In this document: one piece after another, positions 38,445 through 50,803 of the stretch
Position numbering within the stretch: the stretch's first letter is position 1
Layout of the letters: every line of letters begins with the position of its first letter
Origin: Azolla caroliniana
Taxonomy: Eukaryota > Plantae > Polypodiophyta
Length of the DNA stretch: 64,000 nucleotides
Assembly (NCBI GenBank): GCA_043228905.1
Contig: JBHGNT010000005.1
Span: 21,576,001-21,640,000 of the forward strand
Direction of reading: 5' to 3'
Notes under the pieces: model-generated
Told to the model about the DNA's origin: nothing
What the model saw: only the letters and a program-made list of their open reading frames with translations
The model's database searches: none
Translations under genes and position numbers: made by a program

Positions 38445-38790
38445 TATATACAAGTACTCGATACGGCGTATCGAGTTCCTATTTGAAACCTACACTTTAA
38501 ACAGGAACTCGATACGCCGTATCGAGTTCCTGTTTAAAATCCAAACTTTAAACACGAACTCGATACGCCGTATCGAGTTCGTGTTTAAAACCTACACTTT
38601 AAACACGAACTCGATACGGCGTATCGAGTTCTTGTTTAAAACCTACACTTTAAACATGAACTCGATACGGCGTATCGAGTTCCTGTTTAAAAAGCAAAAT
38701 TAAATTATGAACTCGATACGCCGTATCGAGTTCATGTATAAATATTTGTATTGTATACATGAACTCGATACGAGGTATCGAGTTCTTGAG
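38445..38790. repeat. Array of seven palindromes (core ACTCGATACG-N-CGTATCGAGT, extending to ~43 bp) with 51-bp period in intron 1 of the methyltransferase gene
   Basis: Cores start at 38456, 38507, 38558, 38609, 38660, 38711 and 38763; central copies read TTTAAACA.GAACTCGATACG(G/C)CGTATCGAGTTC.TGTTTAAA. Confidence 0.95.
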
Positions 38791-39013
38791 AAACGAAACA
38801 TATTTACAAAAATGTCCACAATGTCAGAGGCCTACCTGGAGTCCTCGCGCTCGATTCTCTTTGAAGACATGTTTGATCGTGTGGAAGTGGAGGCGGAGAT
38901 CGCGCTTTCGTGCTTTGTGCTCTGTGTGCTTTGTGTGCTCTGTGTGCTCTCTACGTTCTGTGTGCTCTGTACGCTCTGTACGCTCTGGTGAGTGAAATAT
39001 GACGAGGTCTTCC

Positions 39014-39425
39014 TATTTATAGGGATTGAACACATTGGTTAAAGTAACCATAGTCACCTTAACCAAGATTGGTAACTTTGAGGATAGTTAGTTGGTAACC
39101 ATAGTCACATTAACTAGAGAAACTTATGATTGTATTAATGATTACAAAGTCAAACTACCATATTGATCAATCTTTTATAGTCATAACAACCTACAATGAC
39201 TTCAAAGGTTATGAATGAGACAATGATAGAGGTTCATGAATGTACCAATGATTGATTACTAAAACAAACAATTTTTATGACTCTCAAATGTTGTGTATTA
39301 AAGATGTGGGCATAAATTAACCAATGATTAATAAGTCTAATATTTAAAATGGTGAGCATTAAAGAACCAATGAGTGAGACGTTCTATATCAAAATGGGTG
39401 CCATTAATTAGCCAATGATTTTAAC
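39014..39425. promoter_or_regulatory. Putative bidirectional promoter: TATA box for the minus gene plus a CCAAT cluster
   Basis: TATAAATA on - at 39014-39021, ~145 bp upstream of the ATG at 38870; four CCAATGA motifs (~39245, 39321, 39366, 39412); GTAACCATAGTCAC twice. Confidence 0.55.
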
Positions 39426-39722
39426 ATTAATCCAACATATTCATGGCTTGTTAATGATTAGTTTTATATTTTACTTGATTTAACTTTATATAGATCTAGT
39501 TTATATAATAATTGATATTTTAAGTACAATTACTTTATTAAAAATAATTTTTTGATGTATTGTATTAATAGAATATTACATAATATAGACATTCTATTGA
39601 TTTGGCTTTTGTTTAGAGAGAAGTTTATGTTTAGAGAGGAGTATATGTTTAGAGAGGAGCTTATGAGTTTTTTTCTTTCCCCTAAGCCCATAACTTAGAG
39701 AGCCCTATCTAGACCTTAAGCC

Positions 39723-42503
39723 ATGAGTGAAGATTCACCGTTCTCGATTGAAGAATATTGTTTGTCATCAGACCCATCGTTTTCTACTTAAGAGTATTGT
39801 TTGTCATCAGAGTCACCATATTCGATTGAAGAATATTGTCTGTCGACCGACTCACCATATTCTATCGAAGAATATTGTCTGAGCTCATCTACAGGGAATG
39901 TAAATAATGACACATGTGAAGAGTTCTCTATTGAAGAATACGATATTAATAAAGATACCGAGAATGAAGGAAGTGCCCAGGAAACATTGAATAACATTGG
40001 CGATGGTCACAGCAAAGAATTAGACTGTAACAAGGTTACACCAACCTCTATGCCGGAAGAGAAATCTGGGAGCCCTATGCATATTAGAAGAATCCCACGA
40101 AGAATTCGTCTAGCTAGATTTAGCTTGGTGACATCAGATAAACAGATTGGATTTGATGTCAACAGAATATGGTGTGCCCGTGGTTGTATGTCTATGATTG
40201 GAAAATCAAAGTTGCGAGAATTAAGGCGATACTATTTTTCGATGACCGGTGATGAGCAAGACACTTACCTCGGGTCACATATGCAACTAGTATCTGACAA
40301 ATGTACAGGGATCAAAGTATCATTCGAGTATTATATCTTCCATGCGCAACAGATATGTAGAGTTGCATTCAAAATTGCGTTATGTGTTAGTAACATGCGG
40401 CTACATAGAGTACAACAACGTCTACTTAGCGGGGATCAGATGCTCAATTGTAAAGAGGTTCCAAGTATGAAAGGTGCAATTGGAAGACTAGCTATTGGCT
40501 GGAAGAAAACTTACTTTCAGTTAAATTGTGAAGTAATGCCCACTACAGGTAGGATGCATCTTTCTGATAATTATACATGTCGGGAAGTTTATGATGTCTA
40601 TCGATCTGATATGTTGGGCTCACATAATAAGTCGATCACATATAGCCAATTCACAAGATTATGGAGAGCTCGGTTTTCAAATGTTATTATTCCTCGTAAA
40701 GTACGTATGGGGTATTGCTTCATTTGTGCAAATCTTAAAAGTTTGGCTAAAGGTGCAAAGACATCAATGGAAAAGGATACGAGTAAGAAGTTACTACAAG
40801 AGCATCGTGAGGCACAATCCTTATAACGAAGGAAGGCGATGCATCATAGAGAGAAGTGTTTGAAGAGGCCCGAACAATACATGTGCTTAATGATAGATGG
40901 CATGGACCAGAAGAAGACATGCTTGCCGCATATGCGGAGGCTCCCCAAAGATGTCAATGATGAGTGCCTTGTTCAAATGCACTTGGTGGGATGCTTGGCT
41001 TATAATAGGTCTGTTCGACCTCACGTCTTCATTACTTACCCCAATGTTCACAATGACCCTAACCTAACAGTTACAGTAATTCACCGAGTTATGATGTCTT
41101 GGGGACAACCTTTCCCCCTTGTTCTATACATTCAATTGGACAATACTGCTAGAGAGAACAAAAATTCAACTGTATTTGGCTATCTAAGTATGTTGGTCAA
41201 CCTAGAATTGTTTAGGAAAGTGAAAGTCAATTTCCTTTTGGTTGGCCACACACATGACCATATAGATCAGATGTTTAGCACATTCTCCAGACAGTTGTCT
41301 CGGCATGATGCTTTCACTTTACCTAAACTATTTGATGTCATTTGTGATGCTTATACACCACGCCCAAAAGTGTTACACTTGAAGGAGGTATATGACTTTA
41401 AGAGATATATATTAGATGGGGGTGGTGGGAATGTTAAAGTGCTTGCTCAGTTAAACAATATAAGTTTCAATCACATTTTTTTGATAAAGAAAAATGGAAT
41501 AAGTGGTTCTACACTTTTGTATGCCAAACAATATTCATCTTCTACAACATGGGAACCTGAAGGTGGTTGCCAGTTATTACTTTGTATGCCGAGTACAATT
41601 GTCCATGGAGCTAAGCAAATGCCAATTGAGAAGAAAGGACAGTTGCAGAGCGACTTGGTATCAGAACAAAAACGGTCATGGCTCCAAGCCTTAGAAGAAA
41701 AAAGAAAGCATATTGAGGCCGCCAAGAAATATGCCGCACAACAAGACACGTCATGGTGGGATGTATTTTATAGTGATCAGAAAGAAATTATAGACAATTG
41801 TGTATCTGTTGATAATTGGAATTTGGAAACGCCATTCACATGGTCGTTGCAACATGATCGCGTAAATAGAAGTCCGGAGCAACTAGTAAATGCGATTAAT
41901 GACAGCTTGGTCCATCCACAACAAAGAGACATTTATGTGGGACCAAGGATGACCAAAGCAGCCGAAGCTAGATGGCAAGGAAATTTGCAAGAGCTCACCG
42001 CGGGGATGTTGATTGCAACGCCGGCTGATGAGAACTCACATGGCCACCAATTTTGGGTTGGTAAAATTCTAGAAGTGCTAATGCATGAAATAGAAAACAC
42101 GATCAAGTCTATAAATGTTCATTGGTACAACACTAGAAGTGCAAATGCTTTTACAGGTAAGTATACATTGGAGATGATTGAATGCCAAACAAGAAGGGGA
42201 GGTAGGAAGAGGAAGCGAAACATTCGTAACACCTCGACCCTTGATATCTCTGATGTGGATATCATCGTGTACGACTTCACACTTACAAAAGCCGGACGAT
42301 TAAGGAAGTCAACAATAGATATAATAAAAGAAAAATTACCAGGTCTACAAGGTGGCTCGAGTCAAAGGCAAACGAGATCAGCTACATATAATCTAGAGTC
42401 AAACCATTTGGTTTATGACGAAGATAATGCACTGATTGGTACATCCGAGGATGATGAGGAGGAATCGTCATTGTATATTAGTTATAGTAGTGATTCTCCA
42501 TAA
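39723..42503 (+). pseudogene. Sola-like/DUF7869-type DDD transposase (~926 aa) with two premature stops
   Basis: One frame from ATG 39723 through ORFs 39801-40826 and 40839-42503, with TAA at 39789 and 40824. Motifs CRVAF, F..LW...F..V.IP, CFIC, IDGMDQ, YIQLDNTARENKN, FLLVGHTHDHIDQMFS; N-terminal 12-aa repeats (SPYSIEEYCLSS); located within the TIRs. Confidence 0.82.
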
Positions 42504-42959
42504 AGGAGTGATCATGAATGTATATTTGGCTATTAAGTGTAACTACATTCCGCTTGTAACAAATCGAGTAATATAAAATCATGTGTTTTAAATTCTTATG
42601 ATTTCTAAAAAATTGTTTCTTATAAAATAACATTGGTTGTGAAGTTTGTGATATAAATTGAGAATGTATCTTTTTGAAATTTGTCTTTTTTTAGTTACTT
42701 CTAAATCACGAAAATAGTGGATTTTTAACCTTTTTCATAGTATGTTTGAACATGTATGATACTGGTATCAATGTGTTTTGTAAAATCATTGAAAAACCCC
42801 TAAAATTTCCCTTATCCTTCCATTTATGCGCGATCCTTCCACTTGTGAACGCGAACGTGTTTAGACACACAAAAGACTAACAATGCTACATAGGTAGAAA
42901 GTGGATAAGTTATAAAAAGATATGAATATATGAAAATATAATGCTACTATGTAGGACCC

Positions 42960-43175
42960 ATCATTGCCCATCACACTCCCTATTAGTATTGCTCCCACTA
43001 ACACTACATTGAGTGCTTGCACATACACTTCCTTGTCCTTGAGCAAATTCTCTTCATACTCCTTGAAAGGCCACCTTCATCTCAACAACTCTTCAAGTGC
43101 TATTTGGAGTGTTGTCTTCCCTTTTGCATCTTCAATGCTTGGGCTTGGTCTCAAATGCAGACAAGCTTCTCCATT
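42960..43175 (-). pseudogene. Degenerate fragment of an ankyrin-TM paralog of the gene at 50804-53059
   Basis: EDAKGKTTLQIA and LKDKEVYVQALNVVLVGAILIGSV match KDAKGKTALQIA and LRDRDVYVQALNAVLVGAALIGSV of the intact gene. Confidence 0.85.
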
Positions 43176-43624
43176 ATGTCTACCCTCTTATGGCAAGGAA
43201 TGGCTAGATATATCTCTATGTACACACACAACACATACATACATGCAAGGATACACACATACGTAGTATATATATGTATGATTGGAATGTACATGTATAC
43301 CTCTCTTCTCTACATATAGGGGTTAAGGTGGAAGATAGGGCTACTATTAGAGATAGGTAACAAATGAACAAAACAATTGTTAGATGCTCAAATACTCAAA
43401 TACCTCCCATCCAATCCAAACATAGATTCACACTCGATCGCGTGTATAGTTATAATTATTTCCTATATTAATGAACATTGTGAGTTTGCATTGTAACATC
43501 TTATCAATATGCTTCCCGCCAATTGGTACATCTCTCTATTGAGTTTCTTTTCGTTCTTGTTGTGAAGATCACCCTAGCTCTACAATGTTTTGGTTCAAAT
43601 ATAAGAATATTCCATTGAACATTT

Positions 43625-45621
43625 TGTGAAGAATACGCTTGCGGAAGCTAAAACAAACCTGCTTTGGCGAATAGCAACACAACACAAACACAGGTTTAAT
43701 GGAATCTTGAGATTGCACTATATACAAGGGAGAGACAAGAGAGCAGAACATAAACTCTATTCAAAATAATAGCACTTTGTACATAGAATGTGCTCAGAGA
43801 ACACTTTTATACAAGTCCATTTAAGGATTGATAGAAGTACTCATAGGTACTTCAATGCTCATAAGAGCGACTAACACTAACTCCCAAAAATATGCCTACG
43901 TATTAGGCTAGATTCGTACGCCTCTAACAGCCTACTGGTTACAATCAGATCCGGCTCCTGGTTCCGGATAACATCCGGACACTGATCTGGTTCTCCGTTC
44001 CGGATACCGATCTGGCTCTGGCTTATTCAACCGATCCGGATCCGGTTGCGCTTGCTCGTTCAACACTCCCCCTCAAGCTCAACTTGAGGTCAGATCGTGG
44101 TGTCAATATCTATGGTAGCCAGTTCTTCCGTCCGACCCCTTCTGGCGTCCTTCCCCCTCGCTCGCGCTTCTCATCTAGTCTGGTTCTTCCTTCCACAACC
44201 TGTTTGGTTCAACGCTCCTCGACCTTCTTGGTCGACATATCTGCCCAACAAGCCCTTCTTAGCGTCCTCGCTATCGCGACTCCGGCACTTGTCAACCCGT
44301 CGTTTCCTCCGTATCGGTGTCGACGTCTCTTGCCCTCTCGTCCACTTGGCCTTTAGTAGAGCTGGATCATCCAAATCAAACTATTGAACCAAATCGGTTG
44401 TCTCCGATTTGTTCCAATTCTCGTCCGAATCGGTTGCCTCCGGCTCGTTCCGGCTCTTGTCCGAGTAGGTGGTCTCCAACTCGTCTCCCGTTTTCAAGCC
44501 TTTGACAATATTAGACCATGTCCAAGACTTGGCCATCTCCTTCCGGTCGGCTCTATCTTTTTTGACTCTGTCGTCGTCGCTGCTTGTTCCGACTTGTTCA
44601 AATATTTCGACTCTTTCAGTCGACTCGGATTTCTTTTTCTTCTTATCTCCCCCTATCTTGGTTCTCTCTTTCCCTTTGGCTCCTTGTCTAGTGCCATTAT
44701 TTGTTTCCGTTCTCCCCCTCAGGTGCAGCATGTCAAGATGCTGAATGCGGAGCATCTCCGAAAAGTGTTGCAACTTGGCCGATCCGAGAGGCTTGGTGAA
44801 GATCTCCGAAACCTATTGATCCATGTGAACATATCGAAGTTCAACTTCACCACTCATGGACAAAGTGATAATGCACTTCTATGTGCTTTGTCCGAGTATG
44901 GAATACGAGATTCTTAGCGAGTTGTATGTGGCTTACGTTGTCGTAATAGATCAAGATCGGGGTTGGCACCTCGATCCGGAGGTCTTGTAGCAGCAGCCGA
45001 AGCCAAATGGCTTCACAAGTGGCAATGGTAGCACCCCGATATTCAGCCTCAGTGCTCAAAAGAGCCACTGTTGGCTGCTTTTTGCTACTCCACGCAACAG
45101 TTGCGCTACAAAGAGAAAACATATATCCGGAGTTGGATCGACGATCCGATGCATCACCAACCCAATCGGCATTTGTATATCCAACTAGCTTCCCAGCTAT
45201 ATCGTGTCGGTATAACAGCCCCTTATCCTTAGTGCCACTAACATATAGGAGTATCCGGTGTGCGCACTGAAGGTGCTCCACCGTCGGCTTCTGCATGAAT
45301 TGGTTAATCAGTCCAACCGGATAACTGATGTAGGGTTGGGTGATTGTTAAGTAGATAAGGCTTCAAACAATTTGTCGGAATCGTTTCTCATTACAGGCCG
45401 GTCCGGAGTTGGGACGTAGCTTCAGGTTCTGGTCCAGGGGTGTGGAGATTGGTTGGCATTCAGTCATGCCAAACTTGAATAGCATATTCAACACATAGTG
45501 TCTTTGTGAGAGCAATATGTCATCGAGAGTTCGGATCACCTCGATCCCAAGAAAATAATGAAGGTCCCCCAGGTCCTTCATTTCAAATGCGTCTGACAGT
45601 TGGGACTTCACATGGCCGATT
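43625..45621 (-). mobile_element. Truncated Copia G (relative of Copia A): RT end, RNase H, PPT, 3' LTR
   Basis: FEMKDLGDLHYFLGIEV, SSKKQPTVAL.STEAEY, RTKHIEVHYHF; PPT TTGAGGGGGAG on -; LTR 43625-44065 similar to the Copia A LTR. Confidence 0.85.
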
Positions 45622-46726
45622 TAAGGATGCACATGGTGTAGTGACGAGATATAAAGCTCGTGTCATCGCTCGTGGTTTTACACAAATTCCTAGCGTGGAT
45701 TTTAAAGAAACATTTGCTCCGACACTAAAAATGGTTCCATTACAAACCATGCTTGCTTTTTCGGCCAGTTTCAATCTCGAACTTCACCACTTGGATATCA
45801 AAACCACATTTTTACATGGTGACTTAAATGAAGAAATATTCATGCAACAACCGCCATTTTTTGAAGATTCAAAATTCCCAAAGTATGTTTGTAAGCTTCA
45901 TAAGTCATTGTATGGTTTGAAACAATCTACACAAATGTAGCACCACAAGCTCCAGACATTTCTTATGTCTATTAATTTTCGGCATCTTCAAGTTGAGCCA
46001 AATCTTTACATTCGTAAAGAAGGAAGTGACTATGTCATCATTGGTGTGTATGTGGATGATTTTCCAACTACTTCAATGCGAAAGGCTATAAATCAACTCA
46101 AGGAGAAGTTTCCCGTCAAAGACCTTGGACCACTAGAGTATTGCCTTGGTATCAAGGTAACAACGAATAGGATGGAAGGCACACTTACTATGTCGCAACG
46201 GAAGTTGGTCGAAGAAATTCTTCACAAGTTCGAGATGTGGGTGGATTACACAATTCTTCACAAGTTCGAGATGTGGGTGGATTACACAAGTTCGAGATGT
46301 GGGTCGAAAAAATTCTTCACGATTACACATCTACTACAACAATGTGGGTGGATTTTTTTACGAAGCCAGTACATTGTACCACAACAAAAACATTGGATTT
46401 GTTGTAATAAAATTGGTCTTAGTATTAGTAAGATCAATAAAGAAAAATAAACTCTTTATTTTATGGGGGGGTGTTAGAATATAAAATAAAGTATAATATT
46501 ACGAGTAAAAATAAAACATATTGTGATAAATAACGTAATAAATAAATATTCCTAAAATACCCCTCATTTATAAAAACGTTTTTGTAACTACCCTCTCTCT
46601 CATATATACACATTGTAACCACAATTCATCAAGTGTGAGAAATACAACTGTTGGTTCTTGATCTCTCTCTCTCTCTCTCCCTGTTATTTTCTTCCTATCT
46701 CTTGTGTTATTGCTTGATTTCTTACA
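45622..46726 (+). mobile_element. Truncated Copia H (RT fragment, PPT, LTR)
   Basis: [28 protein letters not shown]; G-run PPT ~46463-46471; LTR ~46472-46726 (TGTTAG...CTTACA); short 36-bp repeats ~46215-46350. Confidence 0.75.
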
Positions 46727-47456
46727 CCGGCAAGAGATAACTCATATAAATTCTTACAATGCATAGACAAGTCATGAAGAGTTAAGTCACCATAACTCTC
46801 AACATGTTTCCCTTTTAGATTTCCCGAAAATTTAGCACATGCATGTGCTTTCTCTTGCGTTTGGAGAAATTGTTGAGTAACTTCCCATACTCTTCTCTTT
46901 CTTTGAATAAGCCATTTATACTCATGCAAATGCTTTGGGTAGATTTCTTTATCCTTAACTACATCCAAAACCATAAGGCACTTTACAAAGGAAAGAGAGA
47001 GAATTAGAATTTTTATCGTCCATAAAGAGGCCAATTTTGACCTATGGGACGAGAATATACATGTGTTCTTGATATGTGTCTCCTTCCTAAGAAGGGGTAT
47101 TCATACATTGAAGCACAAAGTCTCTATGTGTGAATAAAGCATACACATATGAGCTCAACCTTCTCGGTGGTGTCTTAAGTATAGCACTAAGTTATCACTC
47201 CCTCTTAGTATGTCAGCATATCTTGATGTACGGGAGATTGATAAGTGTGATGAGTGAGGGTGAAAGATGTAATGTGTTGATATGTATGTGTAATGTTATA
47301 CGATTATGCGTGTGAATGTAAGTGTGAGTGTGGTGGATACAAAGAGGTGTGAGTGAGTGACTAGGTGTGAATGCCAAGGGGGCTTGCACCCTTGTGTATC
47401 TACCCCTTTGTACCTATTTAACCCCTTATGGGGAATGAATGAATACAATGATCATT

Positions 47457-47502
<46 letters not shown>

Positions 47503-47699
47503 CCCTTACGTTGAACCCCCTTGGGAAGGGGGTGGAGCCATTCTAGGAACCACCCCCCACCCCTCAATGCTTGTCTTGTTCTTCATGATCTCTCTCACCA
47601 TTATACTCTCCATCATTTTCACTATTACACCATGTCTATCTTCATCATCAATCATCATCATTATCATTATCATTAACCCTAACCCTAAAACGTATAACA

Positions 47700-48050
47700 A
47701 TGCAACTTCAATACCTAACTTGTGAGATCGAGTGTGAAGTAGTGTAAGGGCGTCTCTACGGGCATTACTACTCATATTGGTAATGAGATAAGGTTGGATA
47801 CGATCAATAAACATTCTTTCTTTATATTGAGACCGACATTGAGGGTTGACATTTGCAATGTAGTATTCTAGATTTGTCCTCGTAGCATCTTCCCACTTCA
47901 TCCTTAATGATTCCATCAACCTTTCCTCAATCATTACATACTGCATAACATTGCCTAAAAGCTCTAAAAGATCATCCAAACCCCATCTTCTAAACCATTT
48001 CCTTAACCCTCGAACCTCCTATACAATGCTTAGTCTCTCACTTATATAGT
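47700..48050 (-). mobile_element. Degenerate non-LTR (LINE) ORF2 C-terminal fragment
   Basis: IQPYL...ARRDALTLLHTRSHKLGIE resembles the R..SH.L.IE motif at the 3' end of LINE ORF2. Confidence 0.5.
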
Positions 48051-48184
48051 TACGGTAACTTATCCAAGCTAACTGTGAGGATGTGTTCACACCAGGATAC
48101 AAGTGGGTAGAGTGGGACTTTTAGGCCAACAACAACCTCCTGGGTTTGAGTCACGCTCTCAACCAAACTATATTTGTTGGCTAC

Positions 48185-49470
48185 AATGATCACTTTATGG
48201 ACTCAAACAATCTCCTAGATTATGGTTTCATGTTCTCACCATGGCTACTCTAGATTGTTATCGGAACCAAATATATACAGTAGACATAATCATACATCTA
48301 ATCGATTGTTAGTGGTAACACTATATGTAGACGACATTCCTATAGTTGGAACACCATTTGAAATTACCCAAGCAAAAGATAGAGCTTTCAAAACCATTTT
48401 CAAGAACATATTTAGGTCCCTTATCTTATTTCCAAGGCATGCATGTTATTCGTAATCGTAGTATGGGCGCTTTCATCATTCATCCAAATAAATTCATTAA
48501 TGAAAATTTGAAATCCTTTGGGATGCTAAACATTAAACCTTGTACTACTCCTTTTTCATTTACATGTAACTTAATTGTATCCGATAGCCCAACCACAAAA
48601 AGAGATATTGATTTTGTAAAGCAATTTCCAATTAAACAATTAACAAGAAAGCTTCAATATTTAGTTATAGGAACTCATCTTGCCCTTTGCTTTGCAATCA
48701 ATTATCTTTCACGCTTTATGCATAACCTTGGCCTTATGCATTGGAAATCACTTCAAAGAGCTATGCGATATCTAAAACACACATCTAACTATGGATTATC
48801 ATATAAATAATCCCGAAGATTCACGAAGATCTACTATTGGTTGTTCTTTTATAATGGTAGGAGCAATATTGACATGGCAATGAAAAAAACAAGAATTTGT
48901 GACGCTCTCATCTGTTGAAGTTGAACTTGTAGCAGTGGCATTGGCCGCTAAAGGACTATGGTTGCAAACAATGTTAAAGGAACTCCAACTATGCAAACCA
49001 CTTCAATTGAAAATCTTCTACAACAATATATCATGTATCTACTTGACGAAGAATCCAAAGCACATGGATTTAAAATACCACTTTACACGAGAGTTAGCCG
49101 AAGAAAACAAGTTTACCTTAGAGTTTACATCGAAAAATCATATGTGGGCTAATTTTTAACAAAGACTCTCCCTCCAAACAAATTTGAAGCTTGTTGTGAA
49201 AATTTAGGATTACAATGATTCACTACTAATTAGTTTATGGGAGGTGTTTGTAATAAACTAATTAGTTAGAATAAATAGATAGAAAAATAATAAATATAAT
49301 ACAAAAATATAAACAAATGTGAAAAGGTGCACCCATAACCGCCACAATATCTCTCGATGTGGTTGGTTGGTTGTATAGAGACAGGATTAAACAACACTAA
49401 ACTTTCTTCCTTTTTCTCTTTCTCTCTATCTCTCCGTCTCTTTCAATTTCATAAATCCTATTGTAAGTTC
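48185..49470 (+). mobile_element. Old Copia fragment I (RT/RNase H, PPT, probable LTR)
   Basis: LYGLKQSP, LYVDD, LSSVEVEL, KHMDLKYHF; ATGGGAGG then TGTTTG at ~49245. Right boundary uncertain. Confidence 0.7.
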
Positions 49471-50803
49471 TCTGAATCACTTGCTTGAGGATGGAGATAA
49501 CCATTTGGGTGTCCCCATTCACCACATACTTGTGAAGATCACGGATGCCTTCCAATTCTGTGATTTTGGGTCCAGATCCTTCTGTTGTTGTTCCAAGATG
49601 AGGCTCACTAGGTAGAGTACTTGTGGCTAGGAATTAAGTAATTAATGGTTAATCAACGTGCAGAAGGTCCAACTTATATAGATGAATTATTCTAAGACAC
49701 TAAATAGGGATTTAGAGGGATAAAAATAGAGATAATTTATTTTGATAATGCTTGGGTTGAAGAATCAAAACTAGGCCTCACATCCAGCATTACTACTAAT
49801 TATCATGCATTGAGTGACAATATCAAATAAAATATTGGTGTAATAAATCACACTATAATATCAATGGCAAAATTGTCAATGACTCATTAGTACATCCAAG
49901 TATTGCAATATCCATTTAAATTTGTTATTTACGCAAATATCGTGGGTCAAACATCCAAAAGGAGAAAGGGTGGGCGAGCTCATGCAATTGCTTAGCTAGC
50001 ATACAAAGTGGGAGTGAGTTGACCTTGAAGTGCTATTGCTAATGCCATGACCTAATGATATCGAATAATGCAAAATGATTGATTACTACATCCAATTCTT
50101 GTAGCACGCGTGAAACTTGGACTAGACTTTCTTCCAAACTTGTGCGCAACATGTGAAAAGTTAATTGTCATATATTAACCAACCAAATGGGTCAAACGAA
50201 GAACACATACAATGTCTTATTATACTTTCATAAGAGCCTTTTATGATTTATTTCATTATTCATTGAGAAACAACTCCTTTATTGAAATGCTATGAGTAAT
50301 GGAAGCATTGCATGTCAAGGCTTTTTGTCTTACAGTTTATGTCATTAAAACTATGCATAAATGGAAGAATATCCGATAGCAACAGAATCTATGAATCCAT
50401 CACACCCCCATCATTCCTTCAATTCACATGTCATAACAATTGATGGGAGAGAGAGAGAGAGAGAGAGAGAGAGTCTTCAAATTAAAGTACATAAAAGGAA
50501 AAAAAGCACTTTTCCCTTTTCAAATGTGTTCATTTCCAAATGTTTGAATGCTTCTACGAACGCGTTTATTACGCTCTATGACAATGACCCAAACCAAACA
50601 ATCTCACTACTTTTAAAAACACATAGGTTGGACCTTCTAGGAGCTAGCTAGTTAACTCTAATCAAATTGTTCGTCTTGCCCCTAGAACCCAACAAGGAAA
50701 AGCTCAACCAATCCCATATTGCATCAAGCCTCCTCTCAAGTGTGACCTTGATATCCTCCAAACCAGACAATCGACATAAGTGGAGAGCTTGCATGCAAGA
50801 GCG

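Larger units (their letters stand above)
33962..38870 (-). pseudogene. Six-exon gene for a ParB/Srx-like plus beta-class N6A/N4C DNA methyltransferase fusion (~974 aa reconstructed), inactivated in this copy
   Basis: Exons 38870-38836, 38011-36374, 36297-36206 + 35381-35335 (split by solo LTR), 35251-34785, 34696-34404, 34314-33962; all introns GT-AG and phase-compatible (2925 nt total). Motifs: YFVIGGSHSAEARRQL (ParB-like), CGDVIDLI..LMIADIPYG (motif IV), WIKTN..EYITVGY, NPYQKPQRLM..LIEMFS.EGDWILDLFSGTGTT (motif X/I), ALEKD (motif II). In-frame stops at 37938, 37713 and 37422. Confidence 0.88.
32914..42861. mobile_element. Complete DNA transposon (Sola-like/DUF7869-type) carrying a DNA methyltransferase gene
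   Basis: 36-bp TIRs AACACGTTCGCGTTCACAAGTGGAAGGAT(T/C)GCGCAT at 32914-32949 and 42826-42861 (1 mismatch); 4-bp TSD TAGA at 32910-32913 and 42862-42865; two divergent genes inside. Confidence 0.93.

Noticed and set aside
38445-38790. CRISPR array
   Set aside because: Linkers are only ~8 bp and similar to each other, there are no cas genes, and the context is a eukaryotic intron.
32916-42859. CACTA/EnSpm element with CACG termini
   Set aside because: With CACG as the terminus the flanks are AA and TT, not a direct duplication. AAC...GTT ends give a clean 4-bp TAGA TSD, and the transposase lacks recognisable TnpD motifs.
47673-47690. Telomere-like AACCCT repeats
   Set aside because: Only two to three units within a low-complexity tract.
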